A program made the position numbers and the translations under genes. Source: Selaginella moellendorffii (lineage: Eukaryota; Plantae; Lycopodiophyta). Taken from it: a stretch of 64,000 nucleotides of DNA. The notes under the pieces were generated by a model. It made no database searches. It had not been told where the DNA came from and saw only the letters and a list, made by a program, of their open reading frames with translations. This document shows positions 22,001-36,424 of this stretch, piece by piece. The first letter of the stretch is position 1; every line of letters starts with the position of its first letter. Where the stretch lies: the NCBI RefSeq assembly GCF_000143415.4, contig NW_003314407.1, forward strand, positions 1 through 64,000, read 5' to 3'.

Positions 22001-24790
22001 GATGAATTTCTTACTTTTGGGATCTAGCTTTTTCCGAAGTTGATCAAGGGTATATGCATATGCTGCACAACCAAAGACCCAAAAGTGGGACACATTAGGA
22101 GTAGAACCTGTCCAAAATGCCTCAAGAGTTTTTCCATCCAAAACAGTCGTGGCAAGGCGATTTTGTACATGCATTGCTATGGTTATGGCCTCTTGCCAAA
22201 ACATCTTGTCAAGATGTGCATCAGCTAATATAGCGCAAGCAGCATTGACAAGAGTGTGATTCTTCCTTTCTGCAACACCATTTTGCTGGGGGGTGTAGCG
22301 GGCTGTGGCTTATAGTTGTATGCCTACATCATGACAGATGCCCCAAAGCTCATTGTTGAGGTATTCACCACCACCATCAACTCGAAGAGCTTTTATCTTT
22401 TGACCAAGGAGGTTTTTAATGTAGGCCTTATACGTTTGAAAGGCAACAACTGCATCACTCGTACGCATCAAGAAGTGGATACATGTTCGACAGCTATAAT
22501 CATCAATAAATGTGATGAAATATCTTGCCCCATTGTGACTTGGCACGTCCATGGGGATGCAAAGATCAGAATGGACCAAGTTTAGAAGTCCAAGTGCTCA
22601 ATACTTACTCAGCGAGAAATTCCAGCGGTGATGCTTGCCTAAAACGCAAGCTTCACAAAATGTAGATGGGATACATCGAAAATCCAATCCAGTAACACTA
22701 TCTTGGGATTTCATCCGTTGAATAGATTGGTAATGAACATGACCAAGTCTTTTATGCCAAAGCTCCACATGAAAATCTGCCTCACAGTCTGAAAGGCCTG
22801 AACCATACAAGTCCCCAATGTGTGACCCATGAAGCAACTGTGTATCAAGTATATGAAAGTTGCTAGAGTCAATCAAAGAGATTCCCTTTGCATCAAAGAC
22901 TACCATTGCATTTTGATCACATATCTTGGTGACGGACATTAAGTTTCGTCGCAAGGTGGAAACGTGCATGGCATCATCAAAGGCCATGGTCCTCCCATGA
23001 TCAAGTGAGAGCCAAAATTGCCTAAAGCCTTCTACAGGGATAGTGGTATTGTCACCGAAATGAACACCATGTTTTCCAATGCTCGGCTGATAACACTCAA
23101 AAAGACTCTTCTTATTGCTCATAAGATTAGTACAACTAGAGTTTAAGAGCCACTGGCTTGGTGCTGCAATTGCCTTTGTGTTGTAGAGTTCCTCAGCAGC
23201 CTCATTTGCTGTAGCAATTTCATCATGCTCGAGTAAATTGGCTTTTGCCGGCGTAGCTAGTCGCTTGACAGGCTTAGGAGTAGAGCAATCTCAAGCCCAA
23301 TGGCCCATCTCCAAGCAGCGAGCACACTGATTCTTAGCAAGTCTAGGCTTGGCACGCCCAGATGCCATGGAATTTTGCCCTTTCTGGGCATTTGCAGCTG
23401 CATGCGGTTTTGCCACCTTGGTATCACCAGAAGCCTGTGAAGCATACATAGCCTACGGCATTTCAGCTCTCTCACTTCGCATAGCCTCAATGTTGTGAAG
23501 ACTCCTCACAGCATCTACCCAAGTCATCCTTGGTTGGAGAAGCAGGCTCTCAATTGTATTCTTCCAGCTAGCTGGCAAGGACCTGTAGAGCCACAGCCTC
23601 TGCTACTCATCTGTGAGACAGTGCTTCGCCTCAGCAGCCGCAAGTTGTGTGAAGAAGCCCTAGAGCTTGGCAGTGTGAGTCTGGATACTACCATTTTCCT
23701 CTAGCCTTAAGGAATCCATTTGTGAATGGATGTTGAAGACATCCATTTCACTCTTGGTGCCATAGGTGTCACTTTGCCACTTCCAAAGCTCTGCCACAGT
23801 GGACTGTGGAATCGATGGGGCAGCCAAGAGAACATTCGAAGACAAGCACATCGCAATACTCCCTCTAGCCTTGGAATCCCGAAGGTTCCAACCACGCACC
23901 TCAGTAGCGCTAGAGCCTGGAGCTGGTGATGACTCTGTCCCATCTACAATCCCCAACAAACCATGAAACATGAGATAGGATTCAAGATGGATCTTGAAAC
24001 CCTCAAACCCTTCTCCATCAAACTCGCGGATGGATGGCTTTCCTTCCATAGCACTATCCCAGCTCTGATACCATGAGACAAATCGGTTAAAGCACACCGC
24101 ACTAGCGGACAGAACAGGAAAACCCTAATGGACACGTGGTGAGGTGTGTCATGTAACAAGCTCCAGTGTCGCCATATCTCCTTCACACCTTCAGACACCA
24201 CGGTTTTCAATCTTTGCACCTGTAGATAAAGCTCAGTAACAGAGAAAAGAAACTGGTGAAGGTCCTTACTAGTGCGTCTACTGTGTAGCTGCCAAGATGC
24301 CAGCGAGCATGCTTCGTCTTGCAGTATGTGCAAGCACCCAAGCAGCCAACATTGATAGGAATGATTTCGACAAACTTGTTCTTACGAACCTGAAAACACA
24401 ACAGCAAAAGAGATTATAAACTTTTGGCAAATCAAGAGACAGTAAAGCATCCCGTCGAAGCAGCCAGGCCTCGTGGCCTTTCAAAGTTTCCCCTGCTGTA
24501 TTTGCTGCACTCCAATGACGCTGACGGCTTCGAGATCTTTTAAACCCTGAGGAACGCATCCAGCTATCCACCAAGGGAATAGAGGCCACTTTGCCTTTAC
24601 GTATCAGTGTTTCCATTGTCGGAGCTTTCACAGTACACCTGCAAATAAAACAGCAGCAACAAGTTGATCCAGCTTAAGATTCTTCCTTCTGATACTGAAC
24701 TTACGTGTTGATCAGCCAAAGATCAGCTCTCTGAGGAGAGTCCGAGATGGCCATAAGCCTGAAGCTGTCCTGCCATATACTCACAGCCGC
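19050..24790 (-). pseudogene. CDKAL1: CDKAL1/MtaB-like tRNA methylthiotransferase (radical SAM) pseudogene with introns, split by Copia
   Basis: Exons [44 protein letters not shown] (CxxxCxxC), EGVKEIW..DTGAYG, HVLVQSG, ATDIICGFPGET and [12 protein letters not shown]; contains deletions and the insertion. Confidence 0.85.
19892..24158 (-). mobile_element. Ty1/Copia LTR retrotransposon, full length, decayed ORF, very short LTRs
   Basis: LTRs 24074-24158 and 19892-19978; TSD AGCTC; PBS TGGTATCAGAGCT 24061-24073; PPT 19979-19990; gag, WHKRLGH, VHSDLC..FIDDYS and KARLVVRGF..MDVKTAFLNG in Copia order. Confidence 0.95.
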
Positions 24791-25022
24791 TCTGAATGAG
24801 TAGTCAACATTAGTTCTTTTCTACGTGAACCTACTCCAGTTTACCTGCCCGAATGCAGGTAAACTCAGTAAAGTCTACACCATTTCACAGATTCAGCTGA
24901 ACATACCTCAATGCCAGTTTCAGGTGTTTTCTATCAACCTCACATCGAATGCAGTCGAAGCTCAATGTCCCATTCTACGGCTAGAACCCTAAAAAACAGA
25001 GTACCTAGGTTAGGGTTCCGCC

Positions 25023-27724
25023 ATGGTGCGAGAGCAGTCTCATGGGAAGCCGCCAAGGGCGGATGGGGAAGAATTGGAATCAGATATCAGGGCTGGGAAG
25101 CGGCAAAGGGCGGATGGGCCTGAGCGATCGATTCAGCAGCAGATTGAGGAAGTGGAATCCGAGATCAGGGCCGTGCAACAAGCGATTGAGCAGGTTGAGC
25201 AGAAGGTGGAGCGTGCTGACCAGAAGGTGGATTCCACGCAGGGTGAGCTTCAGAAACACTGGATGGAGGAGAAAAAGCAGCTCCGTGAGCTTCAGAAACA
25301 CTGGATGGAGAAGAAAAAGCAGCTCCGTGAGAAGGAGAACCAGCTCCGTGAGAAGGAGAACCAGCTCCGTCAGCAGCTCATTCCCTTTAGTGGAGTTGAT
25401 TGGTCAAACGCCCGTGATCGGATTGCCAAGCTGAAGGAGCTCTTTGGACCTCGTCTTAAGCATGCCCGCACGTACAGAAAATGCCTTGAAAGGGATTCAT
25501 TATCTTCTTTGCCAACTGGCTTGTCTCTGAAGGACATCGGGCAGCAGTTTCCCATTGTTGGACGAGAGAAGACTGTGGATGCTTTGCTCAGGGGTAACTG
25601 GCTGTTGTACAAGCAATTCATGAGCAGTCAACACACAGACTGGGATGTGTTTAGGCGCCTCCACCATATAATGGCTGTGGTTGGATTCCCGGGTGCGGGA
25701 AAAACATCCTTTGGCAAGGCACTCCCACAAATACTCATTGAGATGAGAAGGCAACAGAGTGATCCAGGGCTAAGGATTCAACAACTTGCCTCGCTTTTCG
25801 ATACATCAACCGATGAGGTGCGACCGTGGGATGCCATGATGAGCACCGTTGAACATCTCGACGTGCTCATGTACCATGATTTTATTTCAACTTTTCATGG
25901 CGAGGCCGGGCTGGGTGATGCTCAGATTTTGGCCCTGAGGACTTTGCATGCAGCTGTTTCTAGAGCAGATGGCCAAGATGACATCAGAAAAGATACTGGG
26001 ACTTGGACGTGTTTTTTTTACCAAGAGCTTGTCGCTGTTGTTGATGCCAAAGCACCTGATTTGAAGAAGTTCCTCCTGTTTGATGACGTGATAGCTTTGT
26101 TGCGAGAAGTCTGCGAGCTCGGAGACCAAAACATTTTCCTGTCGTTCTTCTTTGATGAGATTGGGAGGAACAACGTCCTTGTTCAGAAAGTGTTTCGGGA
26201 GTTCATAGTTTGGAAGTACAGCAACGTGGGTGGCAAAACGTTTGTCACTATGCTCGGAGCGACCAACCTTTTCACAGCGGCATCTTTGAGAGAGAGCGGT
26301 GACACTGGATCATCTGAAGTGATTTATATTCCTGTCAACCCTCTCAGCAGCAGCGATCGGGAGAAGCTGGTGTTGCAAGTCTTTAACAAGGTGCTGAGGA
26401 CTTCAAACCGTGAAGAACTTCACGCTTTAAATGATGGCATGCAGCTGTTGTGCAAGCTGAGCGGAGGGAATCCGAGGTTAATTACCTTCATGGTTCAGGC
26501 TTTGGCTTCAGATGACCCAGACATGGCCCTTGACATTGACAACCTTGCGCTGAGAATTCAGGAGCCGTTCCTGAGAGACAAAGTAAGGCAGATTCTGGAT
26601 CGTGTGTGGAGCCTATGCAGAAGATTTAAGTATTACAATGGCTTTGTCGGGGATGAGAGATTTTCTTATCTCTTACGAGCAATTCAAGCATCGATGCTTC
26701 GTGAGCATGTCTCAAGAAATGGACCGGTTCTGCTACAGGCCTTTCCAAGAGAGAATGTTTTGACATGGGAAGCTCTGGAGAGTTGTGGAGTAGTGGCTGT
26801 GGTTCTTGACGAAGAAAAGGCTCTGGTGGAGTTTTCACCTGTGTTACTGCATAAGCTAACACTCCAGCGGGAGGACCTTTTTGGCTCTACAACTTTTGAT
26901 TTGACAACAACGTCAACGGATGATTGGAAGCAGAAGGAAGACAACGATTTGTTGTCTCTGATCTTCAGCATCTACATTCATAAGGTATGTGAATTCTACA
27001 TTCATAGTCTTTCATAGTCTCGGTTACTAACATGTTGTTATTTGCAGTTACTATCGGGGGGTTCAGACACCTTCATGCTGGCGGATGTGTTGCCTTGCGA
27101 TTGGTACATCCCTGACAATCTGAAGAACCGAAAGTTCAGGTTCCCCACTTTTCCAGTGTCAATCAAGCAACTGAGTCCAGGTATGTTCTTGTTTTTAGTT
27201 TTTTGGTTTCGGATCAAACACAGTAGTCCAGGCTCAAAGGAGGAGGTTCAAAGGTCAGGGACTTGGGCCATCTGTGGACCTCGGAACAGCGGGGCTGATA
27301 CCTTCCTGATACTCGAGGAAGTAAAAGGCATTGATTTGGAGCCATTTCTTTTGTACATCCAAAGCAAGTGCTCTGGAGACCCTCTTAAGCCAGCCATTGC
27401 GGATTGGTCAGAAGTCGTTCGAAATCTTAAGAGTGACGTCCGAAGACTGATTGCTATCAAGGACAATGAGCAGCCTGGCGATGAAAGTAAGTCCATACGT
27501 TATACATTTTTCGTTTATTTTTAATTTTGTTTTTTGTAGAGTATGCTCGAACGAACTTTGGATACGTATTTTTCTCGGACAAGGACAATTCATCAGCTCT
27601 CTCATATCAAAAGTCTAATCCGATGGATATATACGCCTCGAGTGTTATTATCGGCTCCAATTTTGGTATGATCGAGCAGATTGCAGCTGTAAGGCATACC
27701 AAAAAGTGTACGAGAGAGATGTAA
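25023..27724 (+). CDS. Crinkler/RHS-like protein: coiled-coil header + P-loop NTPase + C-terminal PD-(D/E)xK-like nuclease; exons 25023-26984, 27048-27180, 27232-27486, 27540-27724 (~844 aa)
   Basis: EKENQLR repeats; Walker A GFPGAGKT; Walker B FFFDEIG; GGNPR; NSGADTF...LYIQSK. GT-AG introns are phase-compatible, with a TACTAAC branch site at 27025. Confidence 0.72.
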
Positions 27725-28154
27725 TCACCAGTATTTAGTGGTAAAGGAGGCTTTCCAGGTGCAATTCAGCTAGACTTTGATACAAAGTGAGTCTTACGAT
27801 TCTGGTTTTCCTGACTGGATTTTCTATTGGTGACAGTAAGGGAAATGGCATAGATAATGTGTTGACGACGTTGAGTGCACAACAATCCATATTTAAGTTT
27901 ATTTAAGAAATTTCGTTTAAAAAGTCATAATTATTATTATTTCAGTTATTTTAAATTCATGTATAGTCATATATAGTAAATCCATATATATGTATTTAGC
28001 CTGAGCTTAGATGTCTCTCTTAAAATATTTCCTTCTCTTCTGTTTGATTATTTACAAGCAGCCATGTAAGTACTTCATTTGATTGATATCTTTTAGATTT
28101 CTTGCTCTTATAGTTGGCATATTAAAAGTTTCCCTTTTGACTGTTGAATTTTTG

Positions 28155-29946
28155 TCAAAAGTTCCGAAGTGGAATGGTTATATCGATAGAAGTTGAAATT
28201 ACTCAAGAATAAGTAATGGGATTAAGATAGAGGAAGAGTCTCAAACAAGTTTAGCAAAAACTAAACCAATGAAAGGGAGAGAACCACCATAGGTGATTGA
28301 TTGAGTCTTTATGTTAGAGAGATTATGCTTCTTGGAGGATGGACAAGGCATGATGAGCCTTCGGTGTCAAACCATTAACAAATATTGGCTAGGTGTCAAG
28401 GATGGAAAGGGTAATACATGCTAGTATTACTTTATAAAATAATTTATCATTTGATGAGGATATTGAACTTCATTTATGGGTGGTGGAGTTGTGAGAAATA
28501 AATCTCTAAGCCCCAAAGTGGAGCCAAAAAAGTGCCACGTGGTAGTGGCTGAAGCGAGAGCCAAATAAGTGTAACATGTTTAGACTAAAAACTCCAACTT
28601 GAAAGGTCGAGAGTGGGAGTGGAACTCCCAACGAAGTGCTTAAGGAACAAGCATGAAGTGAGCAATAAGTGAGTCTCTAGAAAAGGGACACAATAGGACC
28701 AACACATGACATATGAAAGTGTCCGAGAAGGAGTCCGAAATAGACTCGAGATGGAGTCCGAGATGGACCCGAGATGGAGTCCAAGATGGAGTCCGAGATG
28801 GACCCGAGATGGAGTCCGAGATGGAGTCCGAGATGGACCCGAGATGGAGTCCGAGATGGAGTCCGAGATGGAACCGAGGCCGAGACCGAGACCGAGTCAG
28901 AGACTGAGTCCGAGTCCGAATCTAAGATTGAGACCGAGTTCAAGTCCAAGTCCGGGTCCGATCGTCCCCCAAGTGTGGGGGGGGGGGGGGGGGGGGTGTT
29001 GCAGGGGGTTCCAAAAAGTATAATAGAGAGAGTGTGGGGGTTGGACCCCAGTGGAGCCAATTTGGCCCAAGAAGGCCATGCCCAGCTGTTGGGTGATGAG
29101 ATAACCACTGGGAAGTCCAAAGCTAGAGTGAATACAGACTAATAAGCGGGGTAACTTGGTAAAGTGTTCAAGAGCCGGCTCTAGTTTTCCTAGGAGATCA
29201 AATGGTCGATGCTCCCAGTCCAAGCATGGGTGGCACTACCTATTTGGATACCTAGCGTGGCTTAATGGAACTTCACTCTAAGCCCATAGTTAGAACACCC
29301 AAAGGCAGAAGGTGGGAAGAGTACCCATGAGGCTTGCATAAGGCTATGATGTTCCAAAATATTATCCCAAAGTCCTAGACTATGGAAAGGAAGAGGAATG
29401 GTCCTCTGGTGTAGTGACCAAGGATACGGTTATGTGGTGAGGAAGTCCCAAAGGATAATGGGATTTAGTGGTTAGGCCTGTGGGCCTTGTTCTAGTAGCA
29501 GTGTTGGCGAACACGGCCATGGACAGAAAAGGGACTTGGTGAGGATTGTAAAAGGGATATTGGGGAAGGCTGTTCCCCATGTCTGTGGGCATCTTAAAGA
29601 TGCTAGGGAATGGATCTTGGATGGTCTCTCATGGACGAATGGCCCAGTCTTTGAGAGACGGGACTGTGATGCAAGTGGTGTTGAACCATTAGTGTGACCA
29701 AGGTGAATAGGCATGGCCTTAGCGTAACAGGCTAGTATGTCGGTGGTACCTTGGGGTGTTGATCATGGGACCGGACACATGGAGCACTTGGACCAAGTCC
29801 AAAGGTTGAGTGGCATAAATGCCATTCTCGGGGCTAGCAAGTCCTAAATCCTGAATTGGACTTATGGAGGTTGTGAATAAGACTCCTCCAAGTGGTCGAA
29901 AGTGTGGCTAATGGCTAAAGTAGAATGGAAAAATTAGTCACTTACA
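28155..29946 (+). mobile_element. Large-family 3' fragment: internal end + PPT + LTR (28490-29946), diverged
   Basis: Homologous to 10150-12564, with a shorter minisatellite. Confidence 0.88.
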
Positions 29947-32397
29947 CTCTCCTAGTTGTGGCGACTATGTACAAGCTTGTCATTGAGGCTACTCTTATGT
30001 TGGTTTTTTGCATTGTGCTCACAAGATTGATATCTCAATAATGGTATCCTGTGGTGTTGACCCCTTCATGATCTAAAAGTATCATATTGAGAATTTTGCC
30101 TACATCTTCTTTGTGTATATCAGATCAGAAGAGATCTCTTGCATTGCTTTTGTCAAGTGCTGCCTAGACATGACAATGAATTTGATTGTTGGATTTTTTG
30201 TTGTTTCTTTGCCTATCCTTTCGACAAATGTCCAACCATCCTTGTCCATAGTGATTGGGATTGCATCACCTAGATCTATTGAGTTCTTCTGTACAATCAT
30301 CAGCTCCTTGAGGGCATCGTGGATAAAGAGCTACATCAATGATGCACCAAGACATTAGGAGTTTGTAGATTGTTTGATCGTTGAAGTAGTAGTGCTTGTA
30401 CTTCAACAAGGGTGTCCTGTTGACACTGGTCTTTTTTTCCACCTCTATTGTTATAACTGTGTTGTCATCATTTCACCCTTTTGCTCCTCTCTTTGGAGCC
30501 TTCATTTCTACCATCTCTTGGTTTATTTATTGTGTGACACTTTCTTTTCTTGCTTTGTATGGAGGTTTTTGTCCCTAGCTCGTCCATGCATTATTGCTTG
30601 CAACCTTGCTCCAAAGTTCACATCTAACCCTCTTCTGTGGTGGTTCATCATCATCTTCTTCTTCTTTTCATGATGAGGAAGGACTCTTGTCTTGAATTTC
30701 ATCACTTGTCACTTTTTGTCTCACTATTATCCTCTTCATTATCATTGTGTTGTACTTTGTCTTCATCGTCCTCACTCTCCTAATCATTGGACATTGATGT
30801 TAATGAGGATGTATCACTTAATGTATGTTTATCATCAACAACCTGATTGACATTATGTCTATCATTTGGATTGTAGTTGGAGAGGTCATGGAATGGATGC
30901 TCCAATTCTTCTATTTCCCTCTGATAAAAAAGTCTCTCAATTAGAATCTTATTGTTGACTGTCCACAACAACAATGCCCTTGACAAGGTTAATCTGTCCT
31001 TGAGGATTCCATAAGCAGTGAAGGTTGTATCAATTCCTTCTCTGCAGACTATATTGTAGTTGACAGAATAAACTCTAAGTCTTGAACAATATTCCTGATG
31101 AATGTCTTTTGAAGCTCTGTATAAATGGCCCTCCTTCCCTGTTCATGTCTTTGTTAGGAATCTCTTCTTCTTTGATGACAATCCCATAGACTATTAGACT
31201 GTTTGGGTTGGTAAGATCCACCAACACTAGATCATCATCTTGTATCTCTAATGTCCACTTTTGTGGTTGTGTGGAGTTGCAGCCTCTTTTCACTCTGATG
31301 GACTCATGTAGAAGTGTTTTAGATTGCTAGGCCTGGAAACATGAAAGAACTTATTAGAATTACTTAAAATATTTTTGAAATGGGAGAGAATGGATCCTAG
31401 TGTGAGGCCTCATGCTAAGTGAAAGGGGAAATGGAAGTAATTCTATAGGAGGTTAATAGCATGAGAACTCAAGAATGGATGGGGTGTATGAAAGGGGTTT
31501 GAGGTTATTAGCATAAAGCCTCACACTTAGGAATGGATGGGGTGTGTTTGCCAATTCCTTGATAATAATATTACTTGTCCCATGGACAGATGTTCGAGCA
31601 AGATTACCATCAAGAAACTAGACAAACCAAAATATTTTTAGCACTTTAGCATAAGGCCTCATGCTAATCCTTAAGCATGAGTCCAGTCACAATGTGCTGA
31701 TGGAGATTACTAGCATGAGGCCTCACACTTAGATTGCTTGTGATATTTTTCCCAGTTTCTTAATGACAATCTTATTCACTTATGCAATAAACATGCATGC
31801 AAAGGAGATTGGTGTCGAGAAACTAGGCTAGAGGAGGTGGGTGGGCTTTTTTTCTTGGTGTGAGGCCTCACACTAATGTTTTTGTGTGAGGTTGGACACC
31901 ATCCATTTGTAGATTGGATTAAGGTATTATGGAGGGATGAAGTCATTTTCTTGGCATGAGGCCTCATGCTATTCATTTGTATGCATTTGTTTCTTACTAC
32001 TTTAGGTGTCTAGGTGAGTAATCTTACTCGCCAATTCATCTTTGGGGTAAATGTTCAAACAAGATTGCTCCCCAAACACTTGCAAGACTGGGGAAACAGT
32101 GGAAGGTTGTACGTTTAGATGTTTGCTTAGCCATTGCCATATTTGTAGTGTCATTTTTATTCCACTTTAAGGTTCACAAGTTACACACTTTATTTCTATT
32201 CCTATCTATAGTGCCTAAGGAAACTGTTTGAAGGCAGCTAGGAAAAGCTCTTTGCAATGCGTTGGCTCACTAGAATGAACAAACCAAGCTAGGGGATCCT
32301 AGAAGTGCTACCTTAGAAGGATGCCATCGAGAATTTCCCTAATCTCTCCCTTCTCTCTAATCTCGTGAGAGGCTAGCTTTGGTGTTGAGCGAAACTG

Positions 32398-32816
32398 ATG
32401 CTGTCCAAGTCCGAGTGTGTGGATCTCATCACTTCTGCGACCAATTCCTCACAGGCGATCGATGCCCATTCCCGGATCGAGATCGCCCAGAAGCAAATGC
32501 TGCCTGGCGATTGCTGCTACCTCTCCAATCTCGTCATCCTTCGGTATGGCAAGCTGGGCAAGATCCAGCGCGCGCGAGCAGTGTTTGACTCCATGGAGCG
32601 ATGCGATTGCCACTTGTGGGTCATTATGTTCTTGGCACACGCCCAAGAAGGGCATCTCGCCACTACCAAGGATCGAGGCAAGGTTACTGCTGCATGGTGG
32701 ATTGCTTGGGGCGAGCTGGGTATGTGGAAGAGGCCGAGGAACTTGTGAGGAGCATGCCTTACAAGCCAGTTTCAGTGGATTGGATGTGCTTGCTGGGAGC
32801 AAAGTCTAGAAATTGA
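32398..32816 (+). pseudogene. PPR fragment (copy B)
   Basis: Near-identical to 15185-15603. Confidence 0.8.
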
Positions 32817-33065
32817 GGACAAAGATCTCATGGTGTTGTGCTAGAACAAGCTTTAAGTGTAGATTCTAGGAATTCTACTAGCAAATAGTAGCAATTTTGT
32901 TTGAAACTAGTGTGAGTGTAGATTCTGTGTCCTCGTGATTAAAGAGGGTATTCTTTGACAGATCATCATGTATGATTAAAGAGAAAATTCTTTGCTCATT
33001 TCCAATGGTCGCTTGGTAAAGTACAGGAGCCAGCTTTTGGACTATATAAATTTAGGTTCTTGGAG

Positions 33066-34392
33066 GTCAGTGTCGCAGTGATGGCACAGGGCTGCGCGGC
33101 AATCTCCAGTGCAGGCGGCTATGGCAGGAGCTCAGCGGCTCGCTGGGCGACCTGGGCACATTCATCCCGATCGCCATGGCTGTAGCTCTCGTCAATGGCA
33201 TGGATCTTGGTCTCTCATTGCCACGGGCATCTACAACGTTCTCACCAGCGTGCTCTTTTGCGTGCCAATGCATGAAATCCATCGCGGCGGTGGCCTTCAC
33301 CGAATCCAAGCATCTCAGTGTGGATGAGATCATGGCCGCGGGGATCACTGTGTCTGCGATCGTGTTTGTGCTTGGAACCACGGGCTTGATCACGGGTCGT
33401 GGCTTGGATCGTGCCATTGCCGGTGGTTCGTGGCATCCAGCTTGCGCATGGGCTCTTTCGCGGTCAAGGCTGTCAAGTACGTGATGAAGGATCAAAATCT
33501 CTCTAGGGACAAGGCAATGGGTGATCGACCATGGCTGGGCTTGGATGGAATTCTCCTCGCAGTGATTTGCTTCACATTCATCGTGCTGGTGAATGGATCT
33601 GGCGAGGGCTACGAGTACTTCGTGACGAACAGTGAAGGTGATCGTCATCACGATGATCATGAAGAGCACCGTGAAGAACATCAAGCGAGATCGTCAAAGC
33701 TCGTGAAGTTTTTCCAGAGGATCCCGACTGCCTTGGCAGTGTTCGTGCTCGGGATCATCCTGGCGTTCGTGAGGAGGCCACACATTCTCAAGGAGCTCCA
33801 GTTTGGCCCGGCCGCGCCACGGATCACTCGAATCTCTTCCCACGACTGGAAGACGGTTTGTGAGAGCCGCCATCCCGCAGCTCCCTCTCACTATCCTCAA
33901 CTCGGTGGTGGCGGTTTGCAAGCTCTCGAGCGATCTCTTCCCGGCCAAGAAGGACTCCGTGACTCCGACCAAAGTCTCGGTGAGCGTGGGGCTCATGAAC
34001 TTGGTGGGCTGCTGGTTTGGAGCTCTCCCGGTTTGCCATGGCGCTGGAGGACTGGCCGGGCAGTATCGTTTCGGAGCCACGAGTGGGGTAGCGGTGGCAA
34101 GCTTGTGCTGGGGCTTCTCTTGGGGGGCTCACTGGTGAGAATTCTGCCAGCTTTTCCAGTGGGACTGCTGGGGATTTTGCTGCTCTTCTCCGGGGTGGAG
34201 CTGGCGATGGCGTGCCCGGATCAAACTAGTAGGAGGGACTTGTTTGTGATGCTCTGCTGCATTGCCATCTCGCAGGGATCCAATCTCGTGGTGGGATGTG
34301 TTTGTGCCATACTCTTGTATGTGCTGCTCCAGGCGAGAGAGATGGATTGTTGGGCGATTGCAAGCTCTTGGTTGCGAGGTTCCTCAATGTAA
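33066..34392 (+). pseudogene. MOT1-like pseudogene copy B (C-terminus present, start deleted, frameshifts)
   Basis: Same motifs as copy A plus FPVGLLGILLLFSGVELAMA C-terminus; stop at 34392. Confidence 0.88.
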
Positions 34393-36424
34393 ATAAAGCT
34401 TTGAAAAGTTTGGGAGAACATCATGGTAACACACTTGCCTGAAACCATGTCCATCGAAAGCCTGCGAGTCCTGGCTACTTAGTGGCATATGAAGCCAGGG
34501 ATGTTATCCGCAACAAAGACAGTGCAGAGTAAGTGGGGCTTCATCGATGTCGAAATTGCTTCAGAGTGTAAATTTAAAAACTATGTACTTTTCACTCAAG
34601 AGTAAAATGGATTCCATTTCTCACCGTGCGGAGTGAGAGCAATTCGACCTGGCCTAGCAAACGAGAGAGTGAAACATTGGAGGGATGTGCGCTTCTATAG
34701 CCCAACCTTTGCCATGAGTCCCGCTTGGTCGTAGCACTTGGCTTGGCTCAGGCCTGTATAGCAGGTATAATCTTGGGGCGCCGCTATGCTCTGGGTAACG
34801 CTTTGCGCATGGACAATGGGCAGCACTCTAGGCACGCCAGTCACCTGCAAGGGATCCGAGCGAGTACCTCTGCCACATGGACTACCACGGACCTCCAAAA
34901 CACTCTTGTTTCCATGGATCGCTATTCTCACAACATAAACTTTAGACTCGCAGCAGAATCAGCTGTCGGTAAGAAGAACCTTGTCTGTCCCTGAGTATGT
35001 GATTCAGACTATGCGGTTTGCAAACAGGCCCAACACTTCCCCGGCATTTCAACAATCACCTGATCCTCGAGGCGCAAACCCATTCACAACTCCAGCAGGC
35101 AGGGAAGCAGCTTGTGACAATCAGATGCAGCTGCTTCCTTCTTGTCACTGTACAAGTGCTCTATGTCTACCCAATATGCAAACTTAAGGTATGAACTGAT
35201 TTTCAGCCACAAGGACAATCACAATGGTTTTTGTTAGAAAAACCATGTCTAAAAACCAGTTGCACACAATGGTTTTTGATATGGACATGGTTTACAATGT
35301 TTTTTTGTGGGAGTTCCTACCCAACACTAAAATCTAAGTTCAAGCCATTAATGGCTTTAAATATAAATTGTCTAAATTTATAAATTTGCTTTCTTATTTT
35401 GAATGTCCTATTTGGAAAAAGGAAAAAAATAGGATTTAAAACTTAGCTCATAACTTTTGACATTACTTGTGTTCTTATCTCTTAGAAGTGAGATTGGGTA
35501 TTGGACCTTTAGCTAAAGGTAAAGAAGAAGATTGTAAATAAAAGCATGAAGGTTGGTTCCAATGATGTTAGGAGAATTAGGTCAATGGAGCACAGAGCTA
35601 TTGAGAGGGAATTAAGAAAGCACAAGATGAGGTGCAGGAGGCCAAGGAGGGACAGGAAGGCAAGGAGCACCAAGATGAAGACAAGGGCATGTGACTTGTC
35701 CAAGGTGGACATCATTGCAAAGGGTAAGGAGTGCATGCTCTTGCTCACAAGCCCAACCTAGACAGCCTTGGGGACCCTGTGCAAGTGGGCCATTGTTGGC
35801 CTGGTACCCAAGACAAGGAGTTGGTCGCCATGGTGTCCAACATGCTCCTCCCTTGTCACTACACCCCCTTAGGCCTTATTTGCAGCCTTTGCAATGATTG
35901 GTGCTTTCATGCAATAGTGTGTAATTTGGTCATTGGACTGTAACACATTTTCCCTGCCGAAGTATGAGAACAGTGGGTATTTCATTGATGACAGAATATG
36001 CTATACTAAAGTCGTAGAAAAGTTTTCATGGAAAAAAATAACTTTTTTAGACTTTGTTAGTCCATCGTCTTGTAAAGTTCTAGCCTCCTGGCTACTTTTT
36101 GATGTGCTACCACATTTGAATACAAATTTTTGTATTTATATCCTATTCACAAAGACTATATTTACAAATGTTACTCTAACACTTAATTATTCTTTATTCT
36201 ACATAAGCTACTTTCACACTTTAGAATTATCTTTCCATGATGAGAACACTAACTCATCCTTTGAGTACACCCCTAATTCCTTGGGTTGTTCCGACCTTTA
36301 TTAAAGGTAGCCTTAACTACTATTTCAATGACATATCTTCTTATCCATATTTTACCTTTCACAGTCATTAATTATAATCTCAAATTCATAAGTGCCATCC
36401 TCAACTATATAAGGATAATCTTGC

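Noticed and set aside
34430-35190. GC-balanced stretch with short ORFs downstream of MOT1 copy B
   Set aside because: Possibly a gene remnant, but no motif I can recognise.
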